Program-made: the position numbers and the translations under genes
Assembly (NCBI GenBank): GCA_040390065.1
Contig: JAZJZE010000006.1
Span: 32,001-96,000 of the forward strand
DNA from: a bacterium
Lineage (GTDB): Archaea; Thermoplasmatota; E2; JACPAO01; JAHFTW01
Direction: 5' to 3'
Length of the DNA: 64,000 nucleotides
Shown here: positions 48,478 to 58,090 of the stretch, in pieces
How positions within the stretch are numbered: position 1 is the first letter of the stretch
Layout: each line of letters starts with the position of its first letter
Notes under the pieces: generated by a model
The model's input: the letters and a program-made list of their open reading frames with translations, nothing else
Database searches by the model: none
What the model was told of the DNA's origin: nothing

Positions 48478-49149
48478 TCACGCCTTCCGCATGGTCAGGA
48501 GGAACATGCCGGTCCAGGCGCCGTGGCGCAGCTCGACCGGCTCGAACCCGGCGCCGGCCGCGATTGCGGCGAGGCTGGTGGGCGTCGGGAACGTCTTGAG
48601 GCTGCGGCTGAGGTACGCGTACGCCTTTCTCCGGCCCGTGGCAAGGCCGCCAAGAATCGGCACGACGCCGTGGAAGTAGGCCTTGAAAAAACCGCGGCGC
48701 AGGCGGCCGGACGGATACGCGATCTCCAGGATGACGAGGCGCCCCCCAGGTTTCAGCACGCGGGCCGCGCAGGCGAAGAAGGCCGGCAGGTCGGCCAGGT
48801 TGCGCAGCAGGAATCCCGTCACGACGCCATCGGCGCACGCGGCAACGAGCGGAAGGTCTTCGGCGTCGCCGGCCGCGGCGTCGATCCCCGCGGGCATGTG
48901 GCCGGCGCGCAGCATGGGCAGACTCGCGTCGATGGCAATGGCCAGCGCTCCCGGTTCCGCGGCGACGATGCGTTTGGCCAAATCCCCGGTCCCGGCGCCC
49001 ACGTCGACGTAGACGCCGCCCGCGTGCACGGACAGCATGCCCACGGCCCGGCGTTTCCAACGCAAGTCCTGGCCAAGGCTTACGACGCGATTGCCGCGGT
49101 CGTACGTGAGGGCGAGCTGGTCGAAGATGTCTCCGGCCGGCCCATGCAT
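48478..49149 (-). CDS. menG: UbiE/MenG-family quinone methyltransferase
   Basis: FDQLALTYDRGNRVVSLGQDLRWKR, DVGAGTGD, GDAEDLP, FLLRN, RVLKPGGRLVILE, AYAYLSRS..FP. Confidence 0.85.
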   Translation of the reverse strand: MHGPAGDIFDQLALTYDRGNRVVSLGQDLRWKRRAVGMLSVHAGGVYVDVGAGTGDLAKRIVAAEPGALAIAIDASLPMLRAGHMPAGIDAAAGDAEDLPLVAACADGVVTGFLLRNLADLPAFFACAARVLKPGGRLVILEIAYPSGRLRRGFFKAYFHGVVPILGGLATGRRKAYAYLSRSLKTFPTPTSLAAIAAGAGFEPVELRHGAWTGMFLLTMRKA

Positions 49150-49307
49150 GCGGCGCCGCAGCCGCGCCGCCCTGAAAGAGCCGCGCCCCCCAGGACGGCC
49201 CGCCGCGACCGCCTTTTCCGGTCGGGCCCAATCTATCCAACGCGAGATTCAAAACGGAGGGGCCCATGCGACGCGGTCCATCCTCGATGGATGGGCAGTT
49301 GAGAACC

Positions 49308-49883
49308 ATGCGCATGAAACCCCTGATTGCAACGTCGCTTCTGGCCCTCGCGGCCATGTCCATTGCACCCGCCCCGGCGGCGGCGGACGGCCCCCTAGCC
49401 TGTGCCCCACCCTTGACCTCTGCCTGCAATTTCATCAACACGTGCACACCGCCGCCGTCCGGCGTCGGCGGCGTGGTCGGCGAGACCATCACCTATGCGG
49501 GCGATGTCGCCTCCATCGTGTGCAACGGTGCCAAGCAGGAAGTCGCCCTCGGTGGCGGGGCCGTCCAGGCGGCCTGCGGTGCCACGACCCAGTACCTGAC
49601 CGGCGGCGCCTGCACCATCCTCATCTGCAACGGCTGCACCCCCCCGTCCGAGGGCGGCGCCTCAGTCGGGAACTTCATCATCCTCAGCTGCGCCCCCGTG
49701 ATCGGCGGCGGCCCCGGCATCGTCGGCATGACGGAGACCTACGTCGGCAACATGTACTCCATCGCCTGCTCCACGGGCGTCGGCACCGCCTTTGTCGCCC
49801 TGGACATGACGATTGCCATCTGCAACGCAACGGGCGACTACCTCATCGGCGACAACTGGAGTTGCACCATCAGCACGACGTAA
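49308..49883 (+). CDS. Small secreted Cys-rich protein with an internal duplication
   Basis: Signal peptide; two similar halves (NF...C.P...G.VG.T.TY.G...SI.C...A.C.AT..YL.G...CTI); pyrimidine tract downstream. Confidence 0.75.
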   Translation: MRMKPLIATSLLALAAMSIAPAPAAADGPLACAPPLTSACNFINTCTPPPSGVGGVVGETITYAGDVASIVCNGAKQEVALGGGAVQAACGATTQYLTGGACTILICNGCTPPSEGGASVGNFIILSCAPVIGGGPGIVGMTETYVGNMYSIACSTGVGTAFVALDMTIAICNATGDYLIGDNWSCTISTT

Positions 49884-50016
49884 CCGTTCGAAACGCCCTT
49901 TCCCCCCTTCTTCCCGCGCCTGCACGCGCCGGCGCGCGCTCTTCCGGAGGCAGCCCGCGGCGCAGGATTCTCTTTATACCCCCTCCCTGTCGGCCGCATC
50001 AATCAGGTGAACGTCC

Positions 50017-50163
50017 ATGGCCTTCGCTGAAGCCGTCTCCCGCCGCCTCAAGAAGAAGATCTGCATGCACTGCAACGTCACCAACGCCAACACGGCGATC
50101 CGGTGCCGCAAGTGCCACCGCACCGACCTGCGCGTGAAGGCATTGGAACCCCGCGGCGCATAG
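50017..50163 (+). CDS. rpl40e: 50S ribosomal protein L40e
   Basis: Hand translation MAFAEAVSRRLKKKICMHCNVTNANTAIRCRKCHRTDLRVKALEPRGA; SD AGGTGA at 50005; TTTATA at 49973. Not listed as its own ORF in the track (48 aa). Confidence 0.93.
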   Translation: MAFAEAVSRRLKKKICMHCNVTNANTAIRCRKCHRTDLRVKALEPRGA

Positions 50164-50270
50164 TCCACTTTCCGGACGAAGGCCGCGGTTCGCGAATTCC
50201 TGCTTGTCGAAGACCTCCGACGGATTCGTCATACCTCCGACGGCGCGACGGCCACGACGGAATCCTGTTT

Positions 50271-50652
50271 GGCCAAGTGTGGGCGGCCTGGGATTTCGGG
50301 GAACCTGAGCGGCGATTGTTGGGATTGCAGCCCAGTCCCGAGAATCGCCGTTGCATCCTCGCAACCCCAGGCCGCCGGGCCTCAATCACAAGCCCTTCGT
50401 GCCGCCGGCGGCCCTCGCACGCCGCCATCGCTGCGCTTGGCGGCTGCTTGCCAAGCCCTCGCTCGGCGGCGCCTTGCGCGCCTCGCTCGCCCCGGCCGGC
50501 GGCATCCATTCCCAAATCCACCTTGAGGTCTTGGTGGTGGCGGTCGACGTCGGCGCAGTGGAAGACCTGCCGTCGGACGTTGAGAAGCAGGTGGATGCCA
50601 TTCCCCGAAATCCCAAGAATCCCTGGAATTCCAAGGCCTCCCACACTTGGCC
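50271..50652. mobile_element. MITE-like element or internally deleted IS with terminal inverted repeats
   Basis: Left end GGCCAAGTGTGGGcGGCCTgGGAtTT versus right-end reverse complement GGCCAAGTGTGGGaGGCCTtGGAaTT. A second perfect 15-bp IR: TGGGATTTCGGGGAA (50289) / TTCCCCGAAATCCCA (50601). Confidence 0.65.
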
Positions 50653-50660
50653 GCTCACGC

Positions 50661-53600
50661 CTACTTGAAATCGAAAAGTTTCGGCTTCTTCACTTTGTCA
50701 TTCGTGAACAGCGACTCGACGGCCTGCTCCAACAAAAGAATGCGTTGATGCGTGTACGGGTCGATCTTGTACCGCAATGAGATGGTCTTCGAGATCTCCA
50801 GGTATTTTCGCACCGACCCTTCGTGGACGGTGAGCGTCAGGTTCGGGTTGCCGCATGCGAGGCAGACGCCTTTGAGGGGCATGCGCCGGAACTTGGTGTT
50901 GCACTTCGGGCATCGCACACTCTGTTTGCTGAATTTCTTGAGGTTGCCCATGAGGTCGGGCAGGAAGTGCGTGCCGATGACGGCGGCCCCCACGGCGGCT
51001 TCGTCGACGGCGCGGATCTTGCGCGCGAGTTCCATCTGCGCCGTCATCTTGTCCATCATGGAGCCCAACGTCTTGTACGCGGAGGCGACCGGGCCGGCGG
51101 AGATGTCCGTCGTGTCGTGCGTGAAGCCCCAACCCTCGTATTGGGCCGGTTTGCCGATGCGGTCACCGACGAGGCCCATCTTCTTTGAAACGTCCTTGGC
51201 GGAGGCGTGGCGGCGCGTCGCGGCGTAGAATTCCAGAGGGTAGCGGGTCAGCGTGTCGACGTTGTGCGCTTCCTTGTCGACCTCGTTGGGGTCGAGGCGC
51301 GTCGACAGGACCAGCGGGAGATCCATGAGGCCGCCGCGCTTGTCGGGAACGTAGGCGCGACTGAAGTTGACGAGGCCATCCATGAGGAGCATGACGCCGT
51401 CCTCGTCGCCGTCGCAGTTGCGCCGCTTGGCTGCGTGGAAGACGGGGTGGCCGAAGTGGCACTGCGCCGACGTGTAGCCGATGATGCGTGACAGTACGCC
51501 GCCCGAGGTGTGCGGTGCCAGTGCGATGGTGAGGTGCCCGACCAGTGCCTGGCGCCGCGCGGCGAGGTCGCCGCCTTGCTGGCCGAAGCCCTCCACGCGC
51601 GTCGACGGCAGGTTGTAGAAGCGCTGCAGGCCGTAGAAGCGCTGCAGCAGGTCGTCCATGTAGTCGGCGGCGCGCGCCAGGTAATCGCCACAGGACTCCG
51701 CCACAATGATGTCCTGGACCCGGAGTTCCAGAAGTTGTTCCGGCGAGACAAGTGGTGCGCCTGCGGCGTCATGCGTGTAGCCCATCTCGACGAGGCGCGC
51801 GACGGGGGTGCCGACTTCGCGCGGCCGGAAGTGCGTGACCGGGACATCCGTCATGTCGAAGCGCACCGTGCCATCCTTGAAGGTGTAGACGCGGTGGCGC
51901 GCCCGCAGGATGCCCTTCTCGATGGGCTCGGGGACCTTCGTCACGCTCATCAGCCCCTTCACGAGCTTGACCTGCTCGGGGATGCCGAGCCCGAGGGCGG
52001 TGCGGGCGCGCTCGACTTCGGCGACGAGGGCAAGCGGTGTCAGCGTTTCTTCCTGGAACGCGCCTTCGCGACGTGGCGCCGGTTTCGCATCGGTGTGGCC
52101 GCCGCAGTCGCAGAACGTCCGCCACGCTGGCTTGCCGCAGCGCGTGCAGGTGCGCTCTCCGACACCAATCTGCACCGTGCCGACGGCGATGGCGTCGGAA
52201 AGCAGCCGCTGCAGACCACCCGCCTCGCCGAGGGGGAACAGTCCGTGGACGGGCACCTTCATCAGGCGGACGTCGGCCTTCTCGGGGCGGCCCATGCGGG
52301 CGCCGATGCGGCAAGGGGCCCGTGGCATGACCTTGAATCCCGACAGTCGCGACACGAGTTCGACCGTCGGGTGACGGCCCGGCAGGTCCGGCTGGCACGG
52401 GTCGTAGAGGATGGCGCGACGTGCCGTGTCCACGACGGGCCGGCCGCCTTCGGGGTCGTCGTCGCCGACGCCGAGGCCGAGGCCGCGCAGGAGCGGAATG
52501 GCGAGGCGCTCGTCGATGCGCAGCCGACCGTCCACGACGGTGTGCAGGCACAGGAGCTTGACCAAGGTCTCCTTGGGCTCCGCCTCGTTCGGCAGCCACA
52601 GCGCGCCGTCCTCGAACCAGCCGTTGCGCAGCGCGGCCTCGCCGAGCGACCGCACCTCCACCGCAGTGACGTCATGCCAAAGCAAGGTCCCGTCGGGGTG
52701 GAGCGCCACGCCCGTCGTCTCGGCAAGCCGCACCATGTCCGAGCCAGAGAGCGTGCCGGACTGGCCGACATCGGTGTTCGACTGTGTCGCGGCTTGGTGC
52801 TCCTGCACCCACCACTCCCAGGTCCACGACGCTTCGGGCAGGATGGCATTGTTCTCGGCGAACTCACCGTACGGGACCAGCATCTCGCCCACGTCGACAA
52901 TCTCGGCGATGGCGGTCCGGCGCTCGATGGCCTCGGCTGCCGATGCGATGCGTACCAGGTTGCCGTTGCGCAGCAACACGGTCGGCCCTTCGATGGTGTC
53001 GCACGGGGTTGCCACGGTCCCCTTCCCGGGACGCTCGACTTTGAGCTGCGTGCCCACGGCGAGGAAATCGTCCAGGACCGTCATGGTCGCTGGATGCAAC
53101 GCCGTCGAGGCGAGACCGCCGGTGCGGGCGCGGCCGTAGCGCAGACGGAACCCGCCGGGGCGCATGGGTTGGGCGAAGACTGGCCGGCCGGCAAGGATCT
53201 CCGCCATGAACTTGTGGTTGGCTGGGATCTCTGGGATGCCGTCGGCGCCAAGTTCGGCGGCCTTCTCCTTCTTGATGAGGCCCGTGAGGAAGTCCCAGCC
53301 TTCGACCTTGAGCGCCTCGACGTGCTTCAGGATCTTGGGCGCCTTGAGGATCATCCCCTCGGCCATGACGAGGCAGGCGCCGCCGCGCAGTTGGTTCGTT
53401 TCGACTCGCGCGAGGTCGCGGTTGCCCGACACTTCGATGCGCTCCGTGCCCTCGCCATTGATGCACACTGGGCAGCGACGCGCGATGAGTTCGATCTCCG
53501 CGGGCGTCGGGTTGTACTGCAGGTGCGCCTCCACCTTGTACGCCGCGATCTCTTCCTTGTAGCGCTCCACTTCCTCTTCCGTGACCTTGAACGTCCCGAT

Positions 53601-54212
53601 GCCAAGCGGCCGCCGCACCAGGTCCGCGATGAGGACGGACATGGCCTGGGCCGTGCCACCGGCCGCGCGGATGGGGCCGGCAAAGTACAGGTCCACGTAC
53701 TCGGTCCCGTCGGCGTTGGCGCCAATCTTGACGGCGGCGATGCCCTCGAGTGGAGCTACCAGCACGCCTTCGGTGAGGATGGAGAGTCCCGTGCGGACGG
53801 CCTGGTCCAGCGTCTTCTCGCGCGCCTCGCCCCGCTCGGTCATCTCCTTCGCGATGTCCTGCGCGACCAGCAACGAGACGACTTCGCGGTTGCCCAGGCG
53901 GGCGGTCGCGTCACGGACGCGCTGAGCGACGCCGGGCGGTCCGACTTGGGCCTCGACGCGGGCGGCAAGGTCTTCGGCCGGCGGAATCTCGACCTCGAGT
54001 GTCGGATCCTTGCCTTTGCGCCGTGCTTGCTTGGCGATGGCGTAGCAGCGCATGGCATCGGCGTGAAGGGATTCGAAATAGGCGCGGTAAGCAGGGCTTG
54101 CAGCCGGTCCTGTAGCCGGGGCGACACGTGAGCTTGAAGCCAACGTTTGCGGAGCGGCAGGCGCAGCCGGCACGGTGCTGACCTCGATGGCGTTCGCCGC
54201 GTCGCCTCCCAT
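50661..54212 (-). CDS. polC: DNA polymerase D large subunit DP2, intein-free
   Basis: ILTEGVLVAPLEGI, FAGPIRAAGGTAQA, GGFRLRYGR, RIGARMGRPEK, FKDGTVRFD, LAPHTSGG, uninterrupted HAAKRRNCDGDED, C-terminal CPKC..CLAC. Confidence 0.97.
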   Translation of the reverse strand: MGGDAANAIEVSTVPAAPAAPQTLASSSRVAPATGPAASPAYRAYFESLHADAMRCYAIAKQARRKGKDPTLEVEIPPAEDLAARVEAQVGPPGVAQRVRDATARLGNREVVSLLVAQDIAKEMTERGEAREKTLDQAVRTGLSILTEGVLVAPLEGIAAVKIGANADGTEYVDLYFAGPIRAAGGTAQAMSVLIADLVRRPLGIGTFKVTEEEVERYKEEIAAYKVEAHLQYNPTPAEIELIARRCPVCINGEGTERIEVSGNRDLARVETNQLRGGACLVMAEGMILKAPKILKHVEALKVEGWDFLTGLIKKEKAAELGADGIPEIPANHKFMAEILAGRPVFAQPMRPGGFRLRYGRARTGGLASTALHPATMTVLDDFLAVGTQLKVERPGKGTVATPCDTIEGPTVLLRNGNLVRIASAAEAIERRTAIAEIVDVGEMLVPYGEFAENNAILPEASWTWEWWVQEHQAATQSNTDVGQSGTLSGSDMVRLAETTGVALHPDGTLLWHDVTAVEVRSLGEAALRNGWFEDGALWLPNEAEPKETLVKLLCLHTVVDGRLRIDERLAIPLLRGLGLGVGDDDPEGGRPVVDTARRAILYDPCQPDLPGRHPTVELVSRLSGFKVMPRAPCRIGARMGRPEKADVRLMKVPVHGLFPLGEAGGLQRLLSDAIAVGTVQIGVGERTCTRCGKPAWRTFCDCGGHTDAKPAPRREGAFQEETLTPLALVAEVERARTALGLGIPEQVKLVKGLMSVTKVPEPIEKGILRARHRVYTFKDGTVRFDMTDVPVTHFRPREVGTPVARLVEMGYTHDAAGAPLVSPEQLLELRVQDIIVAESCGDYLARAADYMDDLLQRFYGLQRFYNLPSTRVEGFGQQGGDLAARRQALVGHLTIALAPHTSGGVLSRIIGYTSAQCHFGHPVFHAAKRRNCDGDEDGVMLLMDGLVNFSRAYVPDKRGGLMDLPLVLSTRLDPNEVDKEAHNVDTLTRYPLEFYAATRRHASAKDVSKKMGLVGDRIGKPAQYEGWGFTHDTTDISAGPVASAYKTLGSMMDKMTAQMELARKIRAVDEAAVGAAVIGTHFLPDLMGNLKKFSKQSVRCPKCNTKFRRMPLKGVCLACGNPNLTLTVHEGSVRKYLEISKTISLRYKIDPYTHQRILLLEQAVESLFTNDKVKKPKLFDFK

Positions 54213-54288
54213 CCGAATCACCCAGCAGAAGGCGGCCGTTAAGGCTTGGGGGCGGTGGGTCGATAAGCAGCGCTTCGATGCCCTTGTC

Positions 54289-55164
54289 ATGGTCGCCCCA
54301 GTCGTCCTCACGGGAGCCCGCTGGCTGCTCGGTCCCGACGGCATCAAGCTGGGCAGCGGGTTGTGGAGCCATCGCCAGGACATCGCCGCCGCGGTGGCGC
54401 AAGCGCGCGACCAGTGGGATGTTGCGACTTCCGAGCAGAAGCGCCCGGTCGCCAGATTCCTACAGGATACCTTTCCGCGCGGTGCCGTCCTCGAAGGCCG
54501 CACCGGCGATTTTGGCACCAGTCGACAGGGCAACGTCGACCGGTTCAAGGCCATCGACGGCCGCGAACCCGACGGCGCCCGCATCGTTGTTGGCGTACAA
54601 AACGATCGCATGGTCAGCATCGGCCTTTTGGCCGCCGTGGCCCGCCACCGAAGGAAGGAGGCCCTGGTGCCCGAGGAAGCCGAGGCCGTGGACCACGACC
54701 ACTGGGGCGGGTCCGGTTTCGTCGTCGGCGGGCCGATCCCCAATCCGCTGGCCGCGAGCTACCTCGATTGGTTGGCGGCGCAAGGCGATCGCTTCGGCTT
54801 TGCAACCGGCATCGAGTTCCCCGTTCTGCAGACCCCGATCGGCCACTTCGAACCGACCATGGATAAGGATCTGACCGACGGCCTGGACTACGGCCTGCTT
54901 GTCCGGTTGCCAAACTACTGGCGGCCGCAGAACCAGGTCGTCCTGGCCATGGGCTGCCTCCGTCATGGGACGGAGGCGGCGGCCGCGCTTGTGACGCGGC
55001 CCGACCTGACCGTCGGCCCGTCCTTGCGGGAAATCCGTAAGCGATACCGCCGCCGAAGCTTCTGGGCCGTCGTGTGTGGGCGGGTCGAGGGCGGCACGCT
55101 GCGGCGCATCGAGTGCGTGACGAGCGGTGGGTTGCCGAAGGCCGATGCCTGGCGGTCGCGTTAG
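54289..55164 (+). CDS. Hypothetical protein
   Basis: Divergent from DP2; globular-looking sequence with VVGGPIPNPLA and DYGLLVRLPN.W...LAMGC..HGT.AAA. Start is uncertain. Confidence 0.6.
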   Translation: MVAPVVLTGARWLLGPDGIKLGSGLWSHRQDIAAAVAQARDQWDVATSEQKRPVARFLQDTFPRGAVLEGRTGDFGTSRQGNVDRFKAIDGREPDGARIVVGVQNDRMVSIGLLAAVARHRRKEALVPEEAEAVDHDHWGGSGFVVGGPIPNPLAASYLDWLAAQGDRFGFATGIEFPVLQTPIGHFEPTMDKDLTDGLDYGLLVRLPNYWRPQNQVVLAMGCLRHGTEAAAALVTRPDLTVGPSLREIRKRYRRRSFWAVVCGRVEGGTLRRIECVTSGGLPKADAWRSR

Positions 55165-55394
55165 CTCCAATCCATCTGCGCCTTGCACGTCGGGCACTGC
55201 GTGTTGCCCGGGTTCACCATCATGCCGCAGCTCTTGCAGGTGCGACCGCCGGGCACGGTCTTGTTGCGGCCGGCCACGGCGCGCACGATGGCGACGATGC
55301 CCCAGACCAGGAGGCCGACGATGATGGCCCCCATGATTGTTCCCATGATGGCGACGTTCTGCCATCCGCCCATCCAGTCCCCGGGGTCTGCCAT
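55161..55394 (-). CDS. Small TM plus zinc-ribbon protein (77 aa)
   Basis: TM AIIVGLLVWGIVAIV followed by CKSC-x10-CPTC. Confidence 0.7.
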   Translation of the reverse strand: MADPGDWMGGWQNVAIMGTIMGAIIVGLLVWGIVAIVRAVAGRNKTVPGGRTCKSCGMMVNPGNTQCPTCKAQMDWS

Positions 55395-55472
55395 GCGCGT
55401 CCATTCTGGGCCTGCACCAAATGACCTGCGGTGCAAATCTCTTTTCGGCGCAGCGTCGTCGCCACGCCACCC

Positions 55473-56285
55473 GTGCCGGAGCTTCCCGAGGTCGAGACCA
55501 TCCGTCGCGGGCTGGAGCGCCTGCTTGCCGGCCATCGCATCGACGGCGTCGACTTCCGCCCCGAGAAGCGGCTGCGGTCCGTCGGCAAGCGGCCCCTCGA
55601 GGAGTTGGAAGGCCAGACGGTCCTGCGCATCGACCGCCACGGCAAGTTCCTCCTTTCGCGTCTGTCTGGCGGCGGCACGCTTCTCGTGCACCTCGGGATG
55701 ACGGGCAAGATCCTGTTTGCGGAGGCTGGCGAGGTCGAACGGCCGCACACCCACCTCGTGCTCGACCTCGACGACGGCCGGCAGCTGCGCTTCAGTGACC
55801 CGCGCCGCTTTGGCGCCCTCAAGGTCTACGCAAAGGGGCCGGTCCCAGACCTGCGAGGCTATGGACTCGACGCGCTCGACGCGGCGTTCACGGACGAGCA
55901 CCTTGCCTCCCTTCTCGCGGCGTCGTCGGCGCCACTGAAGGCCTTCCTCCTGGACCAGCGCAAGGTGGCGGGGTTGGGAAACATCTACGCGGTCGAAGCC
56001 CTGTGGCGCGCCGGGCTTAGTCCGCGACGCAAGGCGAGGACCACGCCCAAGGCCAAGGTCCCGACACTGCACGCCGCCATCGTCGCGGTGCTGCAGGATT
56101 CGCTGGCTGCCGGCGGCACGTCCTTCAACGACTACGTGGACCACATCGGCCAGCCAGGCAAGTTCGTCGCCGACCTCGCCGTCTTCCAGCGCGAGGGCGA
56201 GCCGTGTCCGCGCTGCGGCGAGTCGGTGCGGCGAATCGTCCAGAGCGGGCGCAGTACCTTCTATTGCGGGCGATGCCAACGATGA
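55473..56285 (+). CDS. mutM: Formamidopyrimidine-DNA glycosylase
   Basis: (M)PELPEVET, RHGKFL, HLGMTG, DPRRFG, LLDQ..VAGLGNIY, zinc finger CPRC..RSTFYCGRCQ. Confidence 0.95.
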   Translation: MPELPEVETIRRGLERLLAGHRIDGVDFRPEKRLRSVGKRPLEELEGQTVLRIDRHGKFLLSRLSGGGTLLVHLGMTGKILFAEAGEVERPHTHLVLDLDDGRQLRFSDPRRFGALKVYAKGPVPDLRGYGLDALDAAFTDEHLASLLAASSAPLKAFLLDQRKVAGLGNIYAVEALWRAGLSPRRKARTTPKAKVPTLHAAIVAVLQDSLAAGGTSFNDYVDHIGQPGKFVADLAVFQREGEPCPRCGESVRRIVQSGRSTFYCGRCQR

Positions 56286-56311
56286 AATCCGGGGCCGGCG
56301 GTCGTGCTGCG

Positions 56312-56638
56312 ATGACCGAGTACCGCACGATGGCGGAGTTCTGGCCGTTCTACTTGAGGGAACACGACCATCCGGCAACGAAGGCACTGCACGTCGCCGG
56401 CTCCATCCTGTCGTTCCTCCTGGTCATGCTGGCCATCGGCTGGCGCAATCCATGGCTCCTGCTGGCCGCCGTCGTCGTCGGGTACGGCTTCGCCTGGACT
56501 GCCCATCTTGCCATCGAGCACAACCGTCCAGCAACGTTCCGCTATCCCGTGAAGTCGTTCTTGGCCGACTGGCGCCTCGTCTGGGTCACCCTCACCGGCC
56601 AACTGGACCGCGAACTGGAGAGGCACGGCCTGCGCTAG
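56312..56638 (+). CDS. DUF962/Mpo1-like small membrane protein
   Basis: EFWPFYLREH...LHVAG...GYGFAW.AH..IEHNRPATFRYP..SF.AD. Confidence 0.85.
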   Translation: MTEYRTMAEFWPFYLREHDHPATKALHVAGSILSFLLVMLAIGWRNPWLLLAAVVVGYGFAWTAHLAIEHNRPATFRYPVKSFLADWRLVWVTLTGQLDRELERHGLR

Positions 56639-56736
56639 CCGCCCCGCGAATCCCCATCGCGCGCCCCGGGATGCCCCGCCTTGCGACCCGTTCCGTTTTT
56701 CCACGCGCGGTGCCCTCCCGGCGCATCCACGGGACC

Positions 56737-57915
56737 ATGGCACTGAGTTTCACCAACACCGAGATCGCCTTCCAGTCGAAGACCGATGCCGCCCTGCGCC
56801 GCTCGTCCTGGATCTTCCGCGCGTTCGGCCATCCCTGGCTCGTGCGCACGGGCACGGCGCTCCTACGCGGCTCCCTCGCCCTCCACCTGCCCGTCCGCGG
56901 GCTCATCAAGCGCACGATGTTCCGCCAGTTCTGCGGCGGTGAGAGCATCGCAGAATGCGGCCCCACGATTGAGGCGCTCGCGCGTTACCGCATCGGCACA
57001 ATCCTCGACGTTGCTGTGGAAGGCCGCGAGGAGGAGGCGGAGTTCGATGGCACGGCGGACGAGGTCGAACGCACGATTGACCTTGCCGCCGGAAATCCAT
57101 CCATCCCGTTCTGCGTGTTCAAGCTCACGGGCGTGGCGCGCTTTGGGCTGCTCGAGCAAGTCAGTGGTGGAAGCCCGCTTGCCCCGCGCGAGCGCGCGGA
57201 ATGGGAGCGCGTCACCGCCCGCGTTCGGCGTCTGTGCGCCCGCGCCCACGAAAAGCACGTGCGCATCTTCGTCGACGCCGAGGAGTCGTGGATCCAGGAC
57301 GCAGTCGACGCCGTCGCGACGGAGATGATGGCCACGTTCAACACGCAGACGGCCATCGTCTTCAACACCATCCAGCTCTACCGGCGGGGACGGCTGGAGT
57401 TTCTCCGCGAGAGTCTGCGGCACGCCACCGAGGGCCGCTACCGGCTCGGCCTCAAGCTCGTACGCGGCGCGTACATGGAGAAGGAGCGTGCCCGGTCTGC
57501 CCGGCTTGGGGTCGAGCCCAGCATCCTTCCCGACAAGACGGCGACGGATGCGGCCTACGACGAGGCTCTGGCGTTCTCGGTCGAGCACCTCGACCTCATC
57601 GACCTTGTCGCCGGCACGCACAACGAGGCCTCGACGCTCCTGCTCACCCGCCTCATGGAGAGCCGCGGACTGAAGCGTGACGACCCACGGGTCTTCTTCT
57701 CCCAGCTGCTTGGGATGAGCGACCACCTGTCCTACAACCTTGCGCATGACGGCTACAACGTCTGCAAGTACGTCCCGTACGGTCCGGTGCGAGCCGTCGT
57801 CCCGTACCTCACGCGGCGCGCCGCGGAGAACACGTCGATCCGAGGCCAGACCGGCCGCGAACTCGCGCTCATCCTGCAGGAGCGGCGCAGACGCCGGGCC
57901 CGCACGGCGAGCTAG
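56737..57915 (+). CDS. Monofunctional proline dehydrogenase
   Basis: QFCGGE, IFVDAEESWIQ, NTIQLY, KLVRGAYME, GTHNE, QLLGM, KYVPYGPV..VVPYLTRRAAEN. Confidence 0.92.
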   Translation: MALSFTNTEIAFQSKTDAALRRSSWIFRAFGHPWLVRTGTALLRGSLALHLPVRGLIKRTMFRQFCGGESIAECGPTIEALARYRIGTILDVAVEGREEEAEFDGTADEVERTIDLAAGNPSIPFCVFKLTGVARFGLLEQVSGGSPLAPRERAEWERVTARVRRLCARAHEKHVRIFVDAEESWIQDAVDAVATEMMATFNTQTAIVFNTIQLYRRGRLEFLRESLRHATEGRYRLGLKLVRGAYMEKERARSARLGVEPSILPDKTATDAAYDEALAFSVEHLDLIDLVAGTHNEASTLLLTRLMESRGLKRDDPRVFFSQLLGMSDHLSYNLAHDGYNVCKYVPYGPVRAVVPYLTRRAAENTSIRGQTGRELALILQERRRRRARTAS

Positions 57916-58090
57916 GCAGACGATCCGGCTGCGGATCCCAGCGGGCCGCCGCAAGCGGCCTGTGCGACGCCTGGCGCGCTAGGCCCGGTCCGTCTCCTGC
58001 GTCAGTGGGCAGGTTCCTACGACAAGCAGGCTCTGGGGCGTTTCAATGGGCTCGGTGAGTCCAGTGCTTGGTCAGCAGTCAGCCCTGAAA

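Noticed and set aside
51400-51440. Intein in DP2
   Set aside because: The usual insertion site HAAKRRN/CDGDED is contiguous and the protein length is normal.
54213-54743. 177-aa N-terminal extension of DP2 in the ORF track
   Set aside because: It overlaps the divergent gene, DP2 homology begins after ATG 54212, and an AT-rich TTAA promoter-like element lies near 54240.
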